Source: Armatimonadota bacterium (GTDB taxonomy: Bacteria > Armatimonadota > Fimbriimonadia > Fimbriimonadales > GBS-DC). From it: a stretch of 28,692 nt of DNA. Shown here one piece after another: positions 1 through 9,619 of the stretch (its first letter is position 1; every line of letters begins with the position of its first letter). The position numbers were made by a program, and so were the translations under genes. The stretch lies in the NCBI GenBank assembly GCA_037445735.1, contig JBBIJY010000030.1, positions 1-28,692 of the forward strand. Direction: 5' to 3'. The notes beneath the pieces were generated by a model. The model was not told the origin of the DNA, made no database searches, and worked only from the letters and a program-made list of their open reading frames with translations.

Positions 1-68
1 GCAATAACAGGGCTGGCGAGTGTCAGAGCCAGCCATCCGAGAATCCCCACAAGCATCGCGTATCGCAT
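1..68 (-). CDS. 5' end of a secreted protein (runs off window)
   Basis: GGAGGT RBS, then ATG at 68 reading MRYAMLVGILGWLALTLASPVI, a Sec-signal-like N-terminus. An alternative in-frame ATG lies at 83. Confidence 0.7.
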   Translation of the reverse strand, partial: MRYAMLVGILGWLALTLASPVI

Positions 69-89
69 GGTGTTGACCTCCATACCTTC

Positions 90-118
90 ATTATGCATCG
101 GGTGGGCGCGAATGTCAG
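90..118 (-). promoter_or_regulatory. sigma70-type promoter
   Basis: CTGACA (118-113), 17 bp spacer, CATAAT (95-90) on the minus strand. Confidence 0.55.
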
Positions 119-164
119 CAATTTGCACGAAAATGCAACACTCTCTCACCTGTGTGCGGGGGAG

Positions 165-1475
165 TTATCCCGCCCTGAGTGAGGCGATGACCTTCTCAAA
201 ATCGGGGAAGCTGGTCTGCACGCATTCGACATCGCGGATCACCGTCTCACCCGATTGGGCGACCAGCCCCGCTATTGCCAGCATCATCGCGATGCGGTGG
301 TCGCCATGACTCTGCACCTCTGCGCCCCTCAGGGGTGTGGGTCCGTGAATGCACAGTCCGTCGGGCAAGCACTCGATTTGCGCGCCCATCTTCCTCAGCT
401 CGGTGGCGATGGCGTTTAGGCGGTCTGACTCTTTGACGCGCAGTTCGGCGGCGTCGCGGATGAGCGTTTCGCCCGTTGCCTGGGTGGCGAGCAGGGCAAG
501 GACGGGGATTTCGTCGATGAGGCGCGGGATGAGTTCGCCGCCGACCTGCATGGCGCGCAGGGGCTGTGGGCGCACGCGCAGGGTAGCAACTGGCTCGCCC
601 GCCTGCTCATCGAGCTGCTCCCAGCCCAGATGCACATCGGCAGCTGCGAGCGCCTCCAGCAGCCCCGTGCGTGTCGGGTTGACCCCCACGCCCTCGATTA
701 CCAGCTCCGATTCGGGCAGCATCAACGCGGCGGCAATCAGGAACGCTGCCGACGAGAAGTCGCCTGGCACCCGCAGCGCGCACGCCTGCAGGGTTTGACC
801 CCCGCGCAGGCGGACGCGATGCTGACCGCTGTCACCCATCTGAATCACCAGCTCCGCGCCGAAGGCTTTGAGCATGCGCTCGGTGTGGTCGCGCGACAGG
901 GATGGCTCCATCACAACGGTTGTGCCCGCCGCTCGCAGTCCCGCCAGCAGGATGCACGATTTGACCTGTGCGCTGGCGATGGGTGTGAGGTACTCGATTG
1001 CCCGCAGGTCGCCCCCGCGGATGGCGAGCGGTAATCGGCTGGCGCCCTCACGCCCATCGATCTGGGCGCCCATGCGCTGCAGGGGTTCCACGATGCGCCG
1101 CATCGGGCGCTGCCGCAGCGATTCGTCGCCTGTCAGCACACTGAAGATGGGTGCCGACGCCAGCACGCCCGCCATCAGGCGCGCGGTTGTGCCGGAGTTG
1201 CCCGCGTCCAGCACATCGGGTGGCTCCTGAAGCGGGTTGCGCCCGACGCCCCGAATGCGCCAGCGCGACTCGCCCACCCGCTCCGCCGACGCGCCCAGCG
1301 CCTGCACCATGTTCAGCGTGCGCAGGCAGTCGTCCGACTCCAGAAAGCCGTCGATCTCGGTGACGCCTTCCGTTAGCAGCGCCAGGATCGCCGCGCGATG
1401 GCTGATCGACTTGTCACCCGGCGGTCGCCACCTGCCGCGCACCCCACGCGCTGGCTGAATCCGCCACTCGCCCAT
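165..1475 (-). CDS. aroA: 3-phosphoshikimate 1-carboxyvinyltransferase (EPSP synthase, class II)
   Basis: Motifs PGDKSISHR, DAGNSGTTARL, RPM, SAQVKS, RDHTERML, ELRVKESDR, DHRIAM. Confidence 0.98.
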   Translation of the reverse strand: MGEWRIQPARGVRGRWRPPGDKSISHRAAILALLTEGVTEIDGFLESDDCLRTLNMVQALGASAERVGESRWRIRGVGRNPLQEPPDVLDAGNSGTTARLMAGVLASAPIFSVLTGDESLRQRPMRRIVEPLQRMGAQIDGREGASRLPLAIRGGDLRAIEYLTPIASAQVKSCILLAGLRAAGTTVVMEPSLSRDHTERMLKAFGAELVIQMGDSGQHRVRLRGGQTLQACALRVPGDFSSAAFLIAAALMLPESELVIEGVGVNPTRTGLLEALAAADVHLGWEQLDEQAGEPVATLRVRPQPLRAMQVGGELIPRLIDEIPVLALLATQATGETLIRDAAELRVKESDRLNAIATELRKMGAQIECLPDGLCIHGPTPLRGAEVQSHGDHRIAMMLAIAGLVAQSGETVIRDVECVQTSFPDFEKVIASLRAG

Positions 1476-1504
1476 CCCCTTCTCGATTCGCCTTCCGCAG
1501 CGGC

Positions 1505-3097
1505 TTACCTGTTCTGGATGGCGACGGCTTCAACGATGCCGTCGCGATAAACCAGAATCAGTCGGGGTTGACCCTTCAATCGCGCGGGCAGCACGGCAAT
1601 TAGCTGACCCCGCTGGGATACCTGCGCCCCATACCAGCGATTGGCACGGTACTGCACAAGCCAGACGCCTTCGTCGCTGAACCCCTTGCCTAACACGATT
1701 TCGCCTGCGCCATCGCCATCATAATCGCCCGCCCACAGAATCTGCCGGTCTTCCAGCACCGGCATGTTCCATCGGGAGGGATCTGTCGACGCTGGCTCGG
1801 AAAAGCCTGCCAATACGCTGTATATATTTCGCGCGGCTGTGCCTGCCAGCCGACGGAAGAGGAACTCCTTCTGTCCAGTCCGCGTGTATGCCACGCCGTC
1901 AGGGAGCTCCACTGCGCCCGAAGGAAACTCGCTCAGCGCTTCAGGAAGCGCACTGGTGAACGCTTTTTGCTGGAACTGCCCGTTTTCGAAGCGCAACACA
2001 TGCCAGGTTTGATTGGCTCTGGTCTGTGCTATGATATCCGCTATGATAATCTCGGTTTTGCCATCGCGGTCGATGTCCTTGAACCAGAGATGGGCAGTTC
2101 GTCCGATAGGCGCTCCCCATGAAGCAAGCTGCCGAAATGCGCCCTCCCTCACCTGATAGAGGGTCAATCGCAGAGGAGGTGTCGGGGATGCAGAGAGGGG
2201 ATGCTCAATCACCAGTATCTCGCTGCCTGGCTGTCCATCCATTTCCAGCAGCATCGGCTCGCCGCTCCCGATGAGGAGCCGCTGCTTCGTGCGCGAGGTT
2301 TCCAGATAGCTCTGCCTGGCAGAAACGATGCGTTCGGGTTTGCCATCGCCATCGATGTCGGGGAGCGACTGCGAGACAACGAGGGTGCCGCTGCTGCGCA
2401 AGTAGGCGAACGCTCCTACCCCCACCCCTGTGAAGACGGGAAGTGCGGCATGGCTCACGGGCGGCTTCGTGCTGATGGAGCGCAGTTGCCATCGCCCGCT
2501 GGCGTCCAGCTCCAGCCATGCATAGCGCCCCGATTGAGTGAGCAGAACGGCGTCATCAATCTGCCCATCCAGGTCGGTGTCGGTCCAGGCTGCATCGTGT
2601 ATCCGCTCTGTCTGTAGCGGCGGGATGGACCGCACTTGCCAGTGCTCGCCTGCGCGTGTCAGCAGGGCGATTTGCCCCGTGTTCACATCCCAGCCAATCA
2701 GCTCGCGTGGGAGGGGCGGATTGCCTTGCTGGATTCAGGGGATTGGTTTTTGCAAATCTGTGTGAGGGGCGGAAGGCGACAGCACGAAGAGAGGCATCGG
2801 CTGCGGCTCCCCGCGCAGGTTGTGCCAGACGGCGCTGTGCGGCATGCCCGCCTTCTGCCAGTCCAGATAGAGCGCAATCACTTCAGGTTCGCCATCGCCG
2901 TCCAGATCGCTCAGGCAGCTGGCACCCATCCAGACTGACCCTCTGGGCACAGGCGGGAATCTGCCCAGCGACTGGCGCTGGATTGTGAGCGCGGCGTAGG
3001 GGGGCGGCGGTGTGTAGAGCTGCCAGCGCAGAAACGCCATCAGCCCCAGCAGAGCCACAATCGCCACCACGATCCACGGCGCATGTTTGCGCATCAT
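1505..3097 (-). pseudogene. Membrane-anchored FG-GAP/VCBS-repeat protein interrupted by one in-frame TGA (2735-2737)
   Basis: ORFs 2735-3139 and 1505-2686 share a frame (CCC TGA ATC CAG ... GAT GTG AAC). N-terminal TM segment and repeated DxDGDG motifs (DLDGDGEPE, DLDGQID, DIDGDGKPE, DIDRDGKTE, DYDGDGAGE) occur across both parts. Confidence 0.75.
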
Positions 3098-3119
3098 TAT
3101 TCCCTCTGCTCCCGTAAGC

Positions 3120-3150
3120 GGGCGAGCGGAGCCAGACATCCCGCTCGCCC
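3120..3150. other. Intergenic stem-loop
   Basis: GGGCGAGCGG-N11-CCGCTCGCCC, a perfect 10 bp inverted repeat with no U-tract. Confidence 0.55.
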
Positions 3151-3169
3151 ACAGCCAGGGATTAGGGGC

Positions 3170-4291
3170 TTAACATCCGCTGCCGAAGTTGAACAGGACT
3201 GTCAGCAGGTCGGCGTCGTCCACCACGCCGTCGCCGTTCACATCTTCGGGCAGCCCGCTACCCGTTTGCCCGAAGGCGAACAGCACTGCCAGCAGGTCGG
3301 CATCATCCACACAGCCATCGCCGTTCACATCGCCTTCAACACCCGCGAACACCCGCACATCGGTGAAGTTGGTGTAGCGCAGGCTGGAGGTGGTGCGACT
3401 GCTGGCATTGAGGGTCGGATCCTGACCGTACTGATTCCCCTGCGGGATGACCAGTGCCACATAGCGAATCCCGCTCTGCCCCGACACATTCAGCGTGGCG
3501 TACCAGAGGTCGTTGGTGGGATCCTGATAGAAGGCGATGCCTGCCGAGTTATTGCCGCTGAGAAAATTGATAAACGTCTGCGGGCACTCGCCGAAGGTGT
3601 TGTTCGTGTTCGGGTCCCACTGGCACACCAGTGGGATCGTGCCGTTCGCCACGCTCAGCGTGCCCACCAGCGTCCATTCGGGATTGCCCACAGGGCTGGC
3701 GGACGGGTTGCTGTCGGTGCTGGCGACATACACATCGATTCGGGCGGGCGCCGCCGTGTCGGAGAAGGGACGGGTTTTGGTGCCGCTCGATTTATGGATC
3801 ACATCGCGCACATCCCAGGTCCACACCTGGATTTTGCGCACATTCCAGCCGCTGGGGTTGCTGTCGTCCAGAGCGTACTTGATCCAGACGGTTCCGATGG
3901 GATTATGGTCACCTGCCAGGCTGTTGTTGGTGTAGGCGCCGCCCTGTCGGAACAGATAGCGCGGGACGGTGAAGGTCGCGGGCCAGCCCGCCTGCACCAG
4001 CGAATCCACGCTGGTGATGGTCACGCTGCCGGTGTCGTCGCCCTGCCCGAAATCGGGATCGTTCAGAAGGGCGTTCTGAATGGTGTAGGCAGGCCAGAAG
4101 CCGTAGACCTCGGTATTGGTGGAATCTGAAAAGTTGCGTCGGCTCCACTCCAGCGGCAGCTCGCTCGTGTTAATTTGTGCCAGCGCGTTGGTGGCGCGCA
4201 CCGTGCCCTTGTTATTGCCCAGCACCTGCTGGGCAGGACTGGCGCATAGCAGCGCTGCCACTGTCAGAATAAGTGTGCCTGTTCGTATCAT
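3170..4291 (-). CDS. Secreted protein with C-terminal tandem dockerin/EF-hand-like module
   Basis: AAGGAGG RBS, signal peptide MIRTGTLILTVAALLCASPA, Thr/Asn-rich body, tail GDVNGDGCVDDADLLAVLFAFG...EDVNGDGVVDDADLLTVLFNFGSGC. Alternative ATG at 4297. Confidence 0.88.
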   Translation of the reverse strand: MIRTGTLILTVAALLCASPAQQVLGNNKGTVRATNALAQINTSELPLEWSRRNFSDSTNTEVYGFWPAYTIQNALLNDPDFGQGDDTGSVTITSVDSLVQAGWPATFTVPRYLFRQGGAYTNNSLAGDHNPIGTVWIKYALDDSNPSGWNVRKIQVWTWDVRDVIHKSSGTKTRPFSDTAAPARIDVYVASTDSNPSASPVGNPEWTLVGTLSVANGTIPLVCQWDPNTNNTFGECPQTFINFLSGNNSAGIAFYQDPTNDLWYATLNVSGQSGIRYVALVIPQGNQYGQDPTLNASSRTTSSLRYTNFTDVRVFAGVEGDVNGDGCVDDADLLAVLFAFGQTGSGLPEDVNGDGVVDDADLLTVLFNFGSGC

Positions 4292-4345
4292 CGTCATCAG
4301 CCTCCTTTTCTGGGGTGTCCCCATGAAAAGTATACCCGCCTGCCA

Positions 4346-6048
4346 GATGTCGCAGGGGCGAACTGGTTCAAACAATCCAGCAACCCAGCAATGCCCCCAT
4401 TATAGCGCTGGCTTACCTGCGCGATGGTCGCCTGCTGGGCGTGGCGTTGAGGCGCGAAGCGAACTATGACTACCGCCTCTGGCTCTGGGATGTGCTGGGC
4501 AATCGCGAGTACCCCACAGCGGTGCTGGTACGGGACTGGTGGGGTATTCTGGCGCGGTTTTCACCGAACGGGGACAAGCTCCTGCTGAGAGCGACCGATG
4601 GGGAGAGTTCACGCCTCATGCTGGTCGAGGTCGAATCGGGGCAGATGCTCTGGTCGCAAGTGGTGGACTTCCGTGCGGATGCCTTCGATTTCACTGCGGA
4701 TCAGCAGGGCATTCTGCTGACTGGTCCTACGGACTGGAGCCGTCCATCATTTCTGCAGCTGCGCTCCGCCGCAACAGGCGAGGTGATACGCTCACAGACT
4801 TCGAATCGACTGGACCTCTCTGGCGTGGTTACGCATCCGAACCAATTATGCCTTCGTGGGACGCGAGGGCGGCTCATGGATAGGCATCTGGGACTACACA
4901 ACTGGCGAGTGGATAGGACGCCTGGGCAAATACGGACCTCTGTCGGTGCTGGACTTCGTGTCGGACAAGCGTCTGGCGATAGCCAGTGGGCGGGAGCTGT
5001 ACCTGCTGAATGTGTCGGATGGAACCGTCGCGTTCCACCTGTCGGCGCCCTCTAATATAACAGGCGGTCGGCTATCGCCTGATGGGAGCCTTTTTGCGCT
5101 GGTAACAACTGGTGAGGTCATCCTTTACCGTTTGCCCGAATGGTCGCTCTGGCGGCGCCTGCCCGGTTCAGTGTCCAGCTTCGATTTTTCGCCGGATAGT
5201 CGTTATCTGGCGACGAATCTCCATGTCTGGCGTTTATCGGATGGCGCATCGATGCTCAATCTCCCAGAGGGAGTTGCCAGCGTCACCTTCACCCACGATG
5301 GGCGCTGGCTGCTCGCAGGCTATTCCTACAGGGTCTGTCATGATGAATATTGCTGGAATGAATGGCACACAGCGGGTCATTTCCAGCGATGGGCGGTCGA
5401 TTCATGGCAGATGGTGACGGAAGCGCCAGCCGCAGGAGGTGTCGTTGCGCTTGCTGCGCTGCCCCGAAACCGCATGCTCTTTGGACTGGTCAATCGAGCG
5501 GCTGGATTGAGGTATGGGATACGCGCGGCGAGCTGGAGCTGAGAGACCCGATTACCAGCACTCTCTACACCAGTCAAGGGGGTGGTCTACCCTTAGGAGC
5601 GGTTTCATCTCGCACGGGGCGCTACGCGGTGCTATTACGCCTCCGATACTATAACTACGCGGGCGATCTCGAGTTCACGCGCACCGTCGGACTGACACTA
5701 TGGCGCTTGCAGGGTGATACCGTGAGTGTATCCTATACCTATCCCGATTATCAGTACGATGTGATTATCGGCGATGAGATCGATCTGCTCTCCAATCAAG
5801 CCAGCCTGGCGATAAGCCCCAGCGAGCGGTGGATTGCCTTCTCCAGCGGCGCGCTGGTGGTCGTGCGCAACCCGCTTTACACGCCGTATGGCGATATAGA
5901 TAACAGCGGCTGCGTGGACGACGGCGATCTGCTCACTGTGCTGTCAGCGTTTGGCAGCACGAACGCCGCCGCCGATCTGGATGGGAATGGCGTCGTGGAC
6001 GATGGCGACCTGCTGATAGTGCTGTTCAACTTCGGGCAGGGCTGTTAG
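4346..6048 (+). pseudogene. 5'-truncated, frameshifted WD40/beta-propeller protein with dockerin-like tail
   Basis: WD40-like text (FSPNGDKLL, LSPDGSLFA, FSPDSRYLA, FTHDGRWLL, IEVWD) continues across three ORFs, with frame switches near 4840 and 5480. No start or signal peptide is visible. Tail GDIDNSGCVDDGDLL...FNFGQGC. Confidence 0.8.
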
Positions 6049-6095
6049 CTGCGCGTTTCTGTCAGCCCTGCCGGTGGGGTATGCTCTGGGGTGGC

Positions 6096-6857
6096 ATGGA
6101 GGGCACGCTGACGGAGGCAGGACGCGCCACCCTGTTAGCGGTCACCATTCTGGGCGTGCGCGTGCATCGGGTGGGGATGCAGGAGACCCTCGATTGCATC
6201 GAGGGCTGGATTCGCGAGCGTACCCCCCGCATGGTGATTACCGCCGACGCGAACGCGCTGGTGCTGGCACAGGACGATAGCGAGTTTCGGCATCTGCTGG
6301 CGACGGCGGATCTGGTCACGCCTGATGGGTTCGGCTTGCTGTGGGCGGCGCGGCGGTGCGGGACGCCCTTCCCGGAGCGCGTGCCGGGCGTGGAGCTGGT
6401 GGCGCGACTTGCCCAGCTCAGCCACGAACATGGCTATCGGCTCTACTTTGTGGGCGCGGCGCCCGGTGTGGCACAGCGCGCCGCCCAGAACCTGCTTCAA
6501 CGCTTCCCCAGCGCCCGAATTGTGGGCATCGACCACGGCTACTTCACGCCCGAACAGGAGCCTGAGGTTCTGACCCGCATCCGCGCTGTCCAGCCCGATG
6601 TGCTGCTGGTCGGGATGGGCATGCCGCGTCAGGAAAAATGGATTGCTCGCCATAAAGACCAGCTGGGCGTGCCCGTGTCGGTCGGTGTGGGTGGCAGCTT
6701 CGATGTGTACGCCGGCGTGGTGAGGCGTGCGCCCCGCTGGATGCAGCGTTACGGGCTGGAATGGCTCTGGCGGCTGCTGCAGGACCCGCGCAAAATCGCC
6801 AAAGTGCGCAACCTGCCCCGCTTCATGTGGCGCGTCTGGCAGGAATCGAGGCGATAG
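6096..6857 (+). CDS. WecB/TagA/CpsF family glycosyltransferase
   Basis: Motifs ADLVTPDG, ERVPGVEL, GMGMPRQEKW, GVGGSFD, RRAPRWMQRYGLEWLWRL. Start uncertain (6081 or 6096). Confidence 0.93.
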   Translation: MEGTLTEAGRATLLAVTILGVRVHRVGMQETLDCIEGWIRERTPRMVITADANALVLAQDDSEFRHLLATADLVTPDGFGLLWAARRCGTPFPERVPGVELVARLAQLSHEHGYRLYFVGAAPGVAQRAAQNLLQRFPSARIVGIDHGYFTPEQEPEVLTRIRAVQPDVLLVGMGMPRQEKWIARHKDQLGVPVSVGVGGSFDVYAGVVRRAPRWMQRYGLEWLWRLLQDPRKIAKVRNLPRFMWRVWQESRR

Positions 6858-6877
6858 GGGATAATAATACACCCGCC

Positions 6878-8032
6878 ATGCGAATCGTTATCGGTCTGCT
6901 CGGTTTGATGGTCGCGCTGAATCTGGCTTCAGCACAGCTCAGCCGTGAGGAACGGCGCGAGGGCTTTCGCCCCCTGTTCAACGGCAAAGACCTCACGGGC
7001 TGGAAGGTGTACGCCGGACCCGACTGGCGCGTGGAGAACGGCGAGCTGGTCGGACCCAGCCAGAGCGCCGGCTGGATCGGCACCGAAGCCGAGTACGACA
7101 ACTTCATCCTGCGCGGCGAATACTGGATCGACAAAGGCGACACACATGAATCGAACAGCGGCATCTTCATTCGCGCCCAGCGCACAGCCACCCCGTGGGT
7201 CGATGGCTACGAGATTCAAATCAGCCTGCAGGACCCCAATAACCCCACAGGCAGTATCTACGGGCGCGTGCCCACCAATCTGGAGCGCATGCGCGAGGTC
7301 GCGCCCGAAAAGCAGTGGAACCGCTTCGAGATTCGCTCCTGCGGCAGCCGCATTCAGGTCAGCATCAACGGCGAGATGGTGCAGGACGCCGACCTGCACG
7401 AGTTCTCCAGAGGCGTGATCGGCTTTCAACAGCACCATCCGGGCGTGACGGTGCGCTTTCGCAATATCCGCATCAAACCGCTCAAGCCTGGCGAGTGCGA
7501 CGAGGGCTGGCAGCCACTGTTCAACGGCAAGGACCTCACGGGCTGGTTTGCAACGGGCTGGGCACGCTGGGAGGTCAAAGACGGCGTGCTGATCGGACAG
7601 GGCGGGATGGGACACCTGTTCACCGAGAAGACCTTCCGCGATTTTGAGCTTCGCGCGATGATTCGCATTCGCTCCTTCCGACCAGAGCAGTTCAAGCCGA
7701 ATAACGGCATCTATTTCCGCGCGAAGCCGAACCCCACGAATCGCGACAGCTGGCCCGTCGGCTACGAGGCGCAGGTGTTCAACCATATCGAGAATCAGCC
7801 TTTCACGGGTTCACTCTATCATCAGGCACGCGCCAGCCGGCTGCTCACCCGCGATGAGGCGTGGTTTTCGATGCGCATCGTGGCGAAGGGGGATCATATC
7901 CAGATTTTTGTGAACGGGCAGAAGGTGGTGGATGTACGCGACCGCGAGTTTCGGGAGGGGCACATCGCCATTCAGTGCCACGACCCGTTCACGATTGTGG
8001 AGACGCGCGATCTATACTGGCGTCCACTCTGA
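6878..8032 (+). CDS. Secreted tandem DUF1080 (3-keto-disaccharide hydrolase family) protein
   Basis: Signal peptide from ATG 6878 and two domains each starting LFNGKDLTGW, with NSG/NNGIYFR, GYE.Q, GSIY/GSLY and G.I..Q.H motifs. Confidence 0.92.
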   Translation: MRIVIGLLGLMVALNLASAQLSREERREGFRPLFNGKDLTGWKVYAGPDWRVENGELVGPSQSAGWIGTEAEYDNFILRGEYWIDKGDTHESNSGIFIRAQRTATPWVDGYEIQISLQDPNNPTGSIYGRVPTNLERMREVAPEKQWNRFEIRSCGSRIQVSINGEMVQDADLHEFSRGVIGFQQHHPGVTVRFRNIRIKPLKPGECDEGWQPLFNGKDLTGWFATGWARWEVKDGVLIGQGGMGHLFTEKTFRDFELRAMIRIRSFRPEQFKPNNGIYFRAKPNPTNRDSWPVGYEAQVFNHIENQPFTGSLYHQARASRLLTRDEAWFSMRIVAKGDHIQIFVNGQKVVDVRDREFREGHIAIQCHDPFTIVETRDLYWRPL

Positions 8033-8043
8033 AAAAAAACAGA

Positions 8044-8271
8044 TCAGCCTTTCAAAAGCTCCAAAAACTCGTCTACTGTCAAACCAGCATTCCGAATTAA
8101 CGCTCTGAGCGTGCCAACCGATAGCTCTTTATGCTGGGGTACTGAAAGATTAACAGGCACGCCCGGTTTGGTCAGAATTACATGGCTGCCGACTTGACCG
8201 ACCACCTCCCATCCCGCCTTGCGAAACGCCTTAACGGCTTCTTTACCCGATATGTTCGCCAGACGCGCCAT
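8044..8271 (-). CDS. hicA: HicA family mRNA interferase toxin
   Basis: 75 aa with GW...GSH, VPQHKEL, GTLRALIR.AGL.VDEF. Confidence 0.93.
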   Translation of the reverse strand: MARLANISGKEAVKAFRKAGWEVVGQVGSHVILTKPGVPVNLSVPQHKELSVGTLRALIRNAGLTVDEFLELLKG

Positions 8272-8281
8272 TTTTATTTAT

Positions 8282-8509
8282 TCAGATAACCAGCAGAACG
8301 ACCGATTGCTTTTTGGAGCGTCGCTTGTGAGCCTTGATTGCTTTCTGATCCTCAGCCCAGAGCCACGCTTGAATGGCTTCGCGGATATTCGCCAGTGCCT
8401 CTGCTTCATCCCTGCCCTGCGAGACGCAACCTGGCAGCGCGGGACATTCGGCAACTATCCAGCCGTCTTCCGCCTGTTCCAGCACGACATGAAAGGTCAT
8501 GATGCTCAC
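8282..8509 (-). CDS. hicB: Short HicB family antitoxin
   Basis: EDGWIVAECPALPGCVSQGRDEAEALANIREAI, with no C-terminal DNA-binding domain. Start is GTG 8509 or ATG 8500. Confidence 0.92.
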   Translation of the reverse strand: MSIMTFHVVLEQAEDGWIVAECPALPGCVSQGRDEAEALANIREAIQAWLWAEDQKAIKAHKRRSKKQSVVLLVI

Positions 8510-8518
8510 CCGATGTTG

Positions 8519-8526
8519 ATTATACC
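8519..8526 (-). promoter_or_regulatory. -10 element for hicBA
   Basis: GGTATAAT directly after the upstream stop and 9 nt before GTG 8509. Confidence 0.55.
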
Positions 8527-8527
8527 T

Positions 8528-9568
8528 TCATCCTTCGTCAATGGTCAGCACGATTTTGCCGAAGAAGTCGCGGCTTTCGAGTTTTTCGTGGGCGGCGCGG
8601 GCTTGAGCAAGCGGGAACACGCTGTCCACCACCGGCTTGAGCTGTCTCTTCTCCACATAGGGCAGCAGCTTTGCCAGCTCCGCGCGGGTGCCCAGATAGG
8701 CGCCGTAAATCTCCAGCTCGCGGCTGAACAGGTAGCGGATGTCGAACTGCCCTGTCTGACCAGTGGTGGCGCCGCAGGTGACGAGCCGCCCGCCTTTGTT
8801 GAGCAGGCGCACGCATGAGTCGAACACCGCCTGCCCGATATGCTCGAACACCACATCGATGCCCTCGCCTTCGGTCCTCTCTTTCACCGCGCGCCACCAT
8901 TCGGGTTCGTTGTGGTTCACCGCGGCGTCGGCGCCCAGCTCCAGCGCGCGCTGCATCTTTTCCTCGCTGCCAGCGGTGGCAATCACGAGTGCGCCGCGCA
9001 GTTTGGCAATCTGGATGGCGGCGCTGCCCACGCCGCTGCTGCCACCCATGATCAGCGCCCACTCGCCCGGTTGCAATCGCGCCCGATGGATGAGCATGTG
9101 CCATGCGGTCAGAAACACCAGGGGCACTGCCGCCGCTTCTACAAAGCTGAGCGTGGTGGGCTTGGGCAACAGATTGCGCGCGGGCACGACGATATACTCG
9201 GCGTAGCCACCGTCCCGATGCGCCCCGATCACCTGCACCTCCAGACAGAGGTTCTCCCGACCCATGCGGCAATAGCGGCACTGCCCGCAGCTGACCAGCG
9301 GATACAGCACCACCAGGTCGCCCCGGCGCCACTCTTTGACACCTTCGCCCACCTCCACAACCTCGCCAGCAATATCGCTGCCCAGGATGTGGGGCAGTGG
9401 CGTGTTATAGGCGGGAATGCCGTTGCGCACCCACAGGTCTAAATGATTCAGCGCACAGGCGCGCACCCGTACCAGCACCTCGCCTTTCTGTGGAACGGGT
9501 TCGGGCACATCGGTCTCGTAGACCAGCTTTTCTGCCGTGCCAAACTCATGAATGCGAACCGCCTTCAT
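8528..9568 (-). CDS. Zinc-binding alcohol dehydrogenase / MDR oxidoreductase
   Basis: MKAVRIHEFG start, PHILGSDIAG, structural-Zn CGQCRYC...C, GGSSGVGSAAIQ, GKIVL. The catalytic-site region reads ALNHLD/GSD rather than C/GHE. Confidence 0.95.
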   Translation of the reverse strand: MKAVRIHEFGTAEKLVYETDVPEPVPQKGEVLVRVRACALNHLDLWVRNGIPAYNTPLPHILGSDIAGEVVEVGEGVKEWRRGDLVVLYPLVSCGQCRYCRMGRENLCLEVQVIGAHRDGGYAEYIVVPARNLLPKPTTLSFVEAAAVPLVFLTAWHMLIHRARLQPGEWALIMGGSSGVGSAAIQIAKLRGALVIATAGSEEKMQRALELGADAAVNHNEPEWWRAVKERTEGEGIDVVFEHIGQAVFDSCVRLLNKGGRLVTCGATTGQTGQFDIRYLFSRELEIYGAYLGTRAELAKLLPYVEKRQLKPVVDSVFPLAQARAAHEKLESRDFFGKIVLTIDEG

Positions 9569-9575
9569 AGCCCCT

Positions 9576-9599
9576 ATGATACCCGCTACGGGGTACACT
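9576..9599. promoter_or_regulatory. Back-to-back -10 elements of divergent genes
   Basis: Minus strand GGTATCAT, 7 nt before ATG 9568. Plus strand GGTACACT (hexamer 9594-9599), upstream of GGAGG and ATG 9620. Confidence 0.55.
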
Positions 9600-9619
9600 C
9601 TGACCTGTGGAGGAGAGAG

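Noticed and set aside
2690-2737. Selenocysteine recoding of the in-frame TGA
   Set aside because: No redox-type context and no clear SECIS-like hairpin immediately downstream.
3170-6048. Invertible segment bounded by the two dockerin-like tails
   Set aside because: The two DNA copies are clearly diverged and no recombinase gene is nearby.
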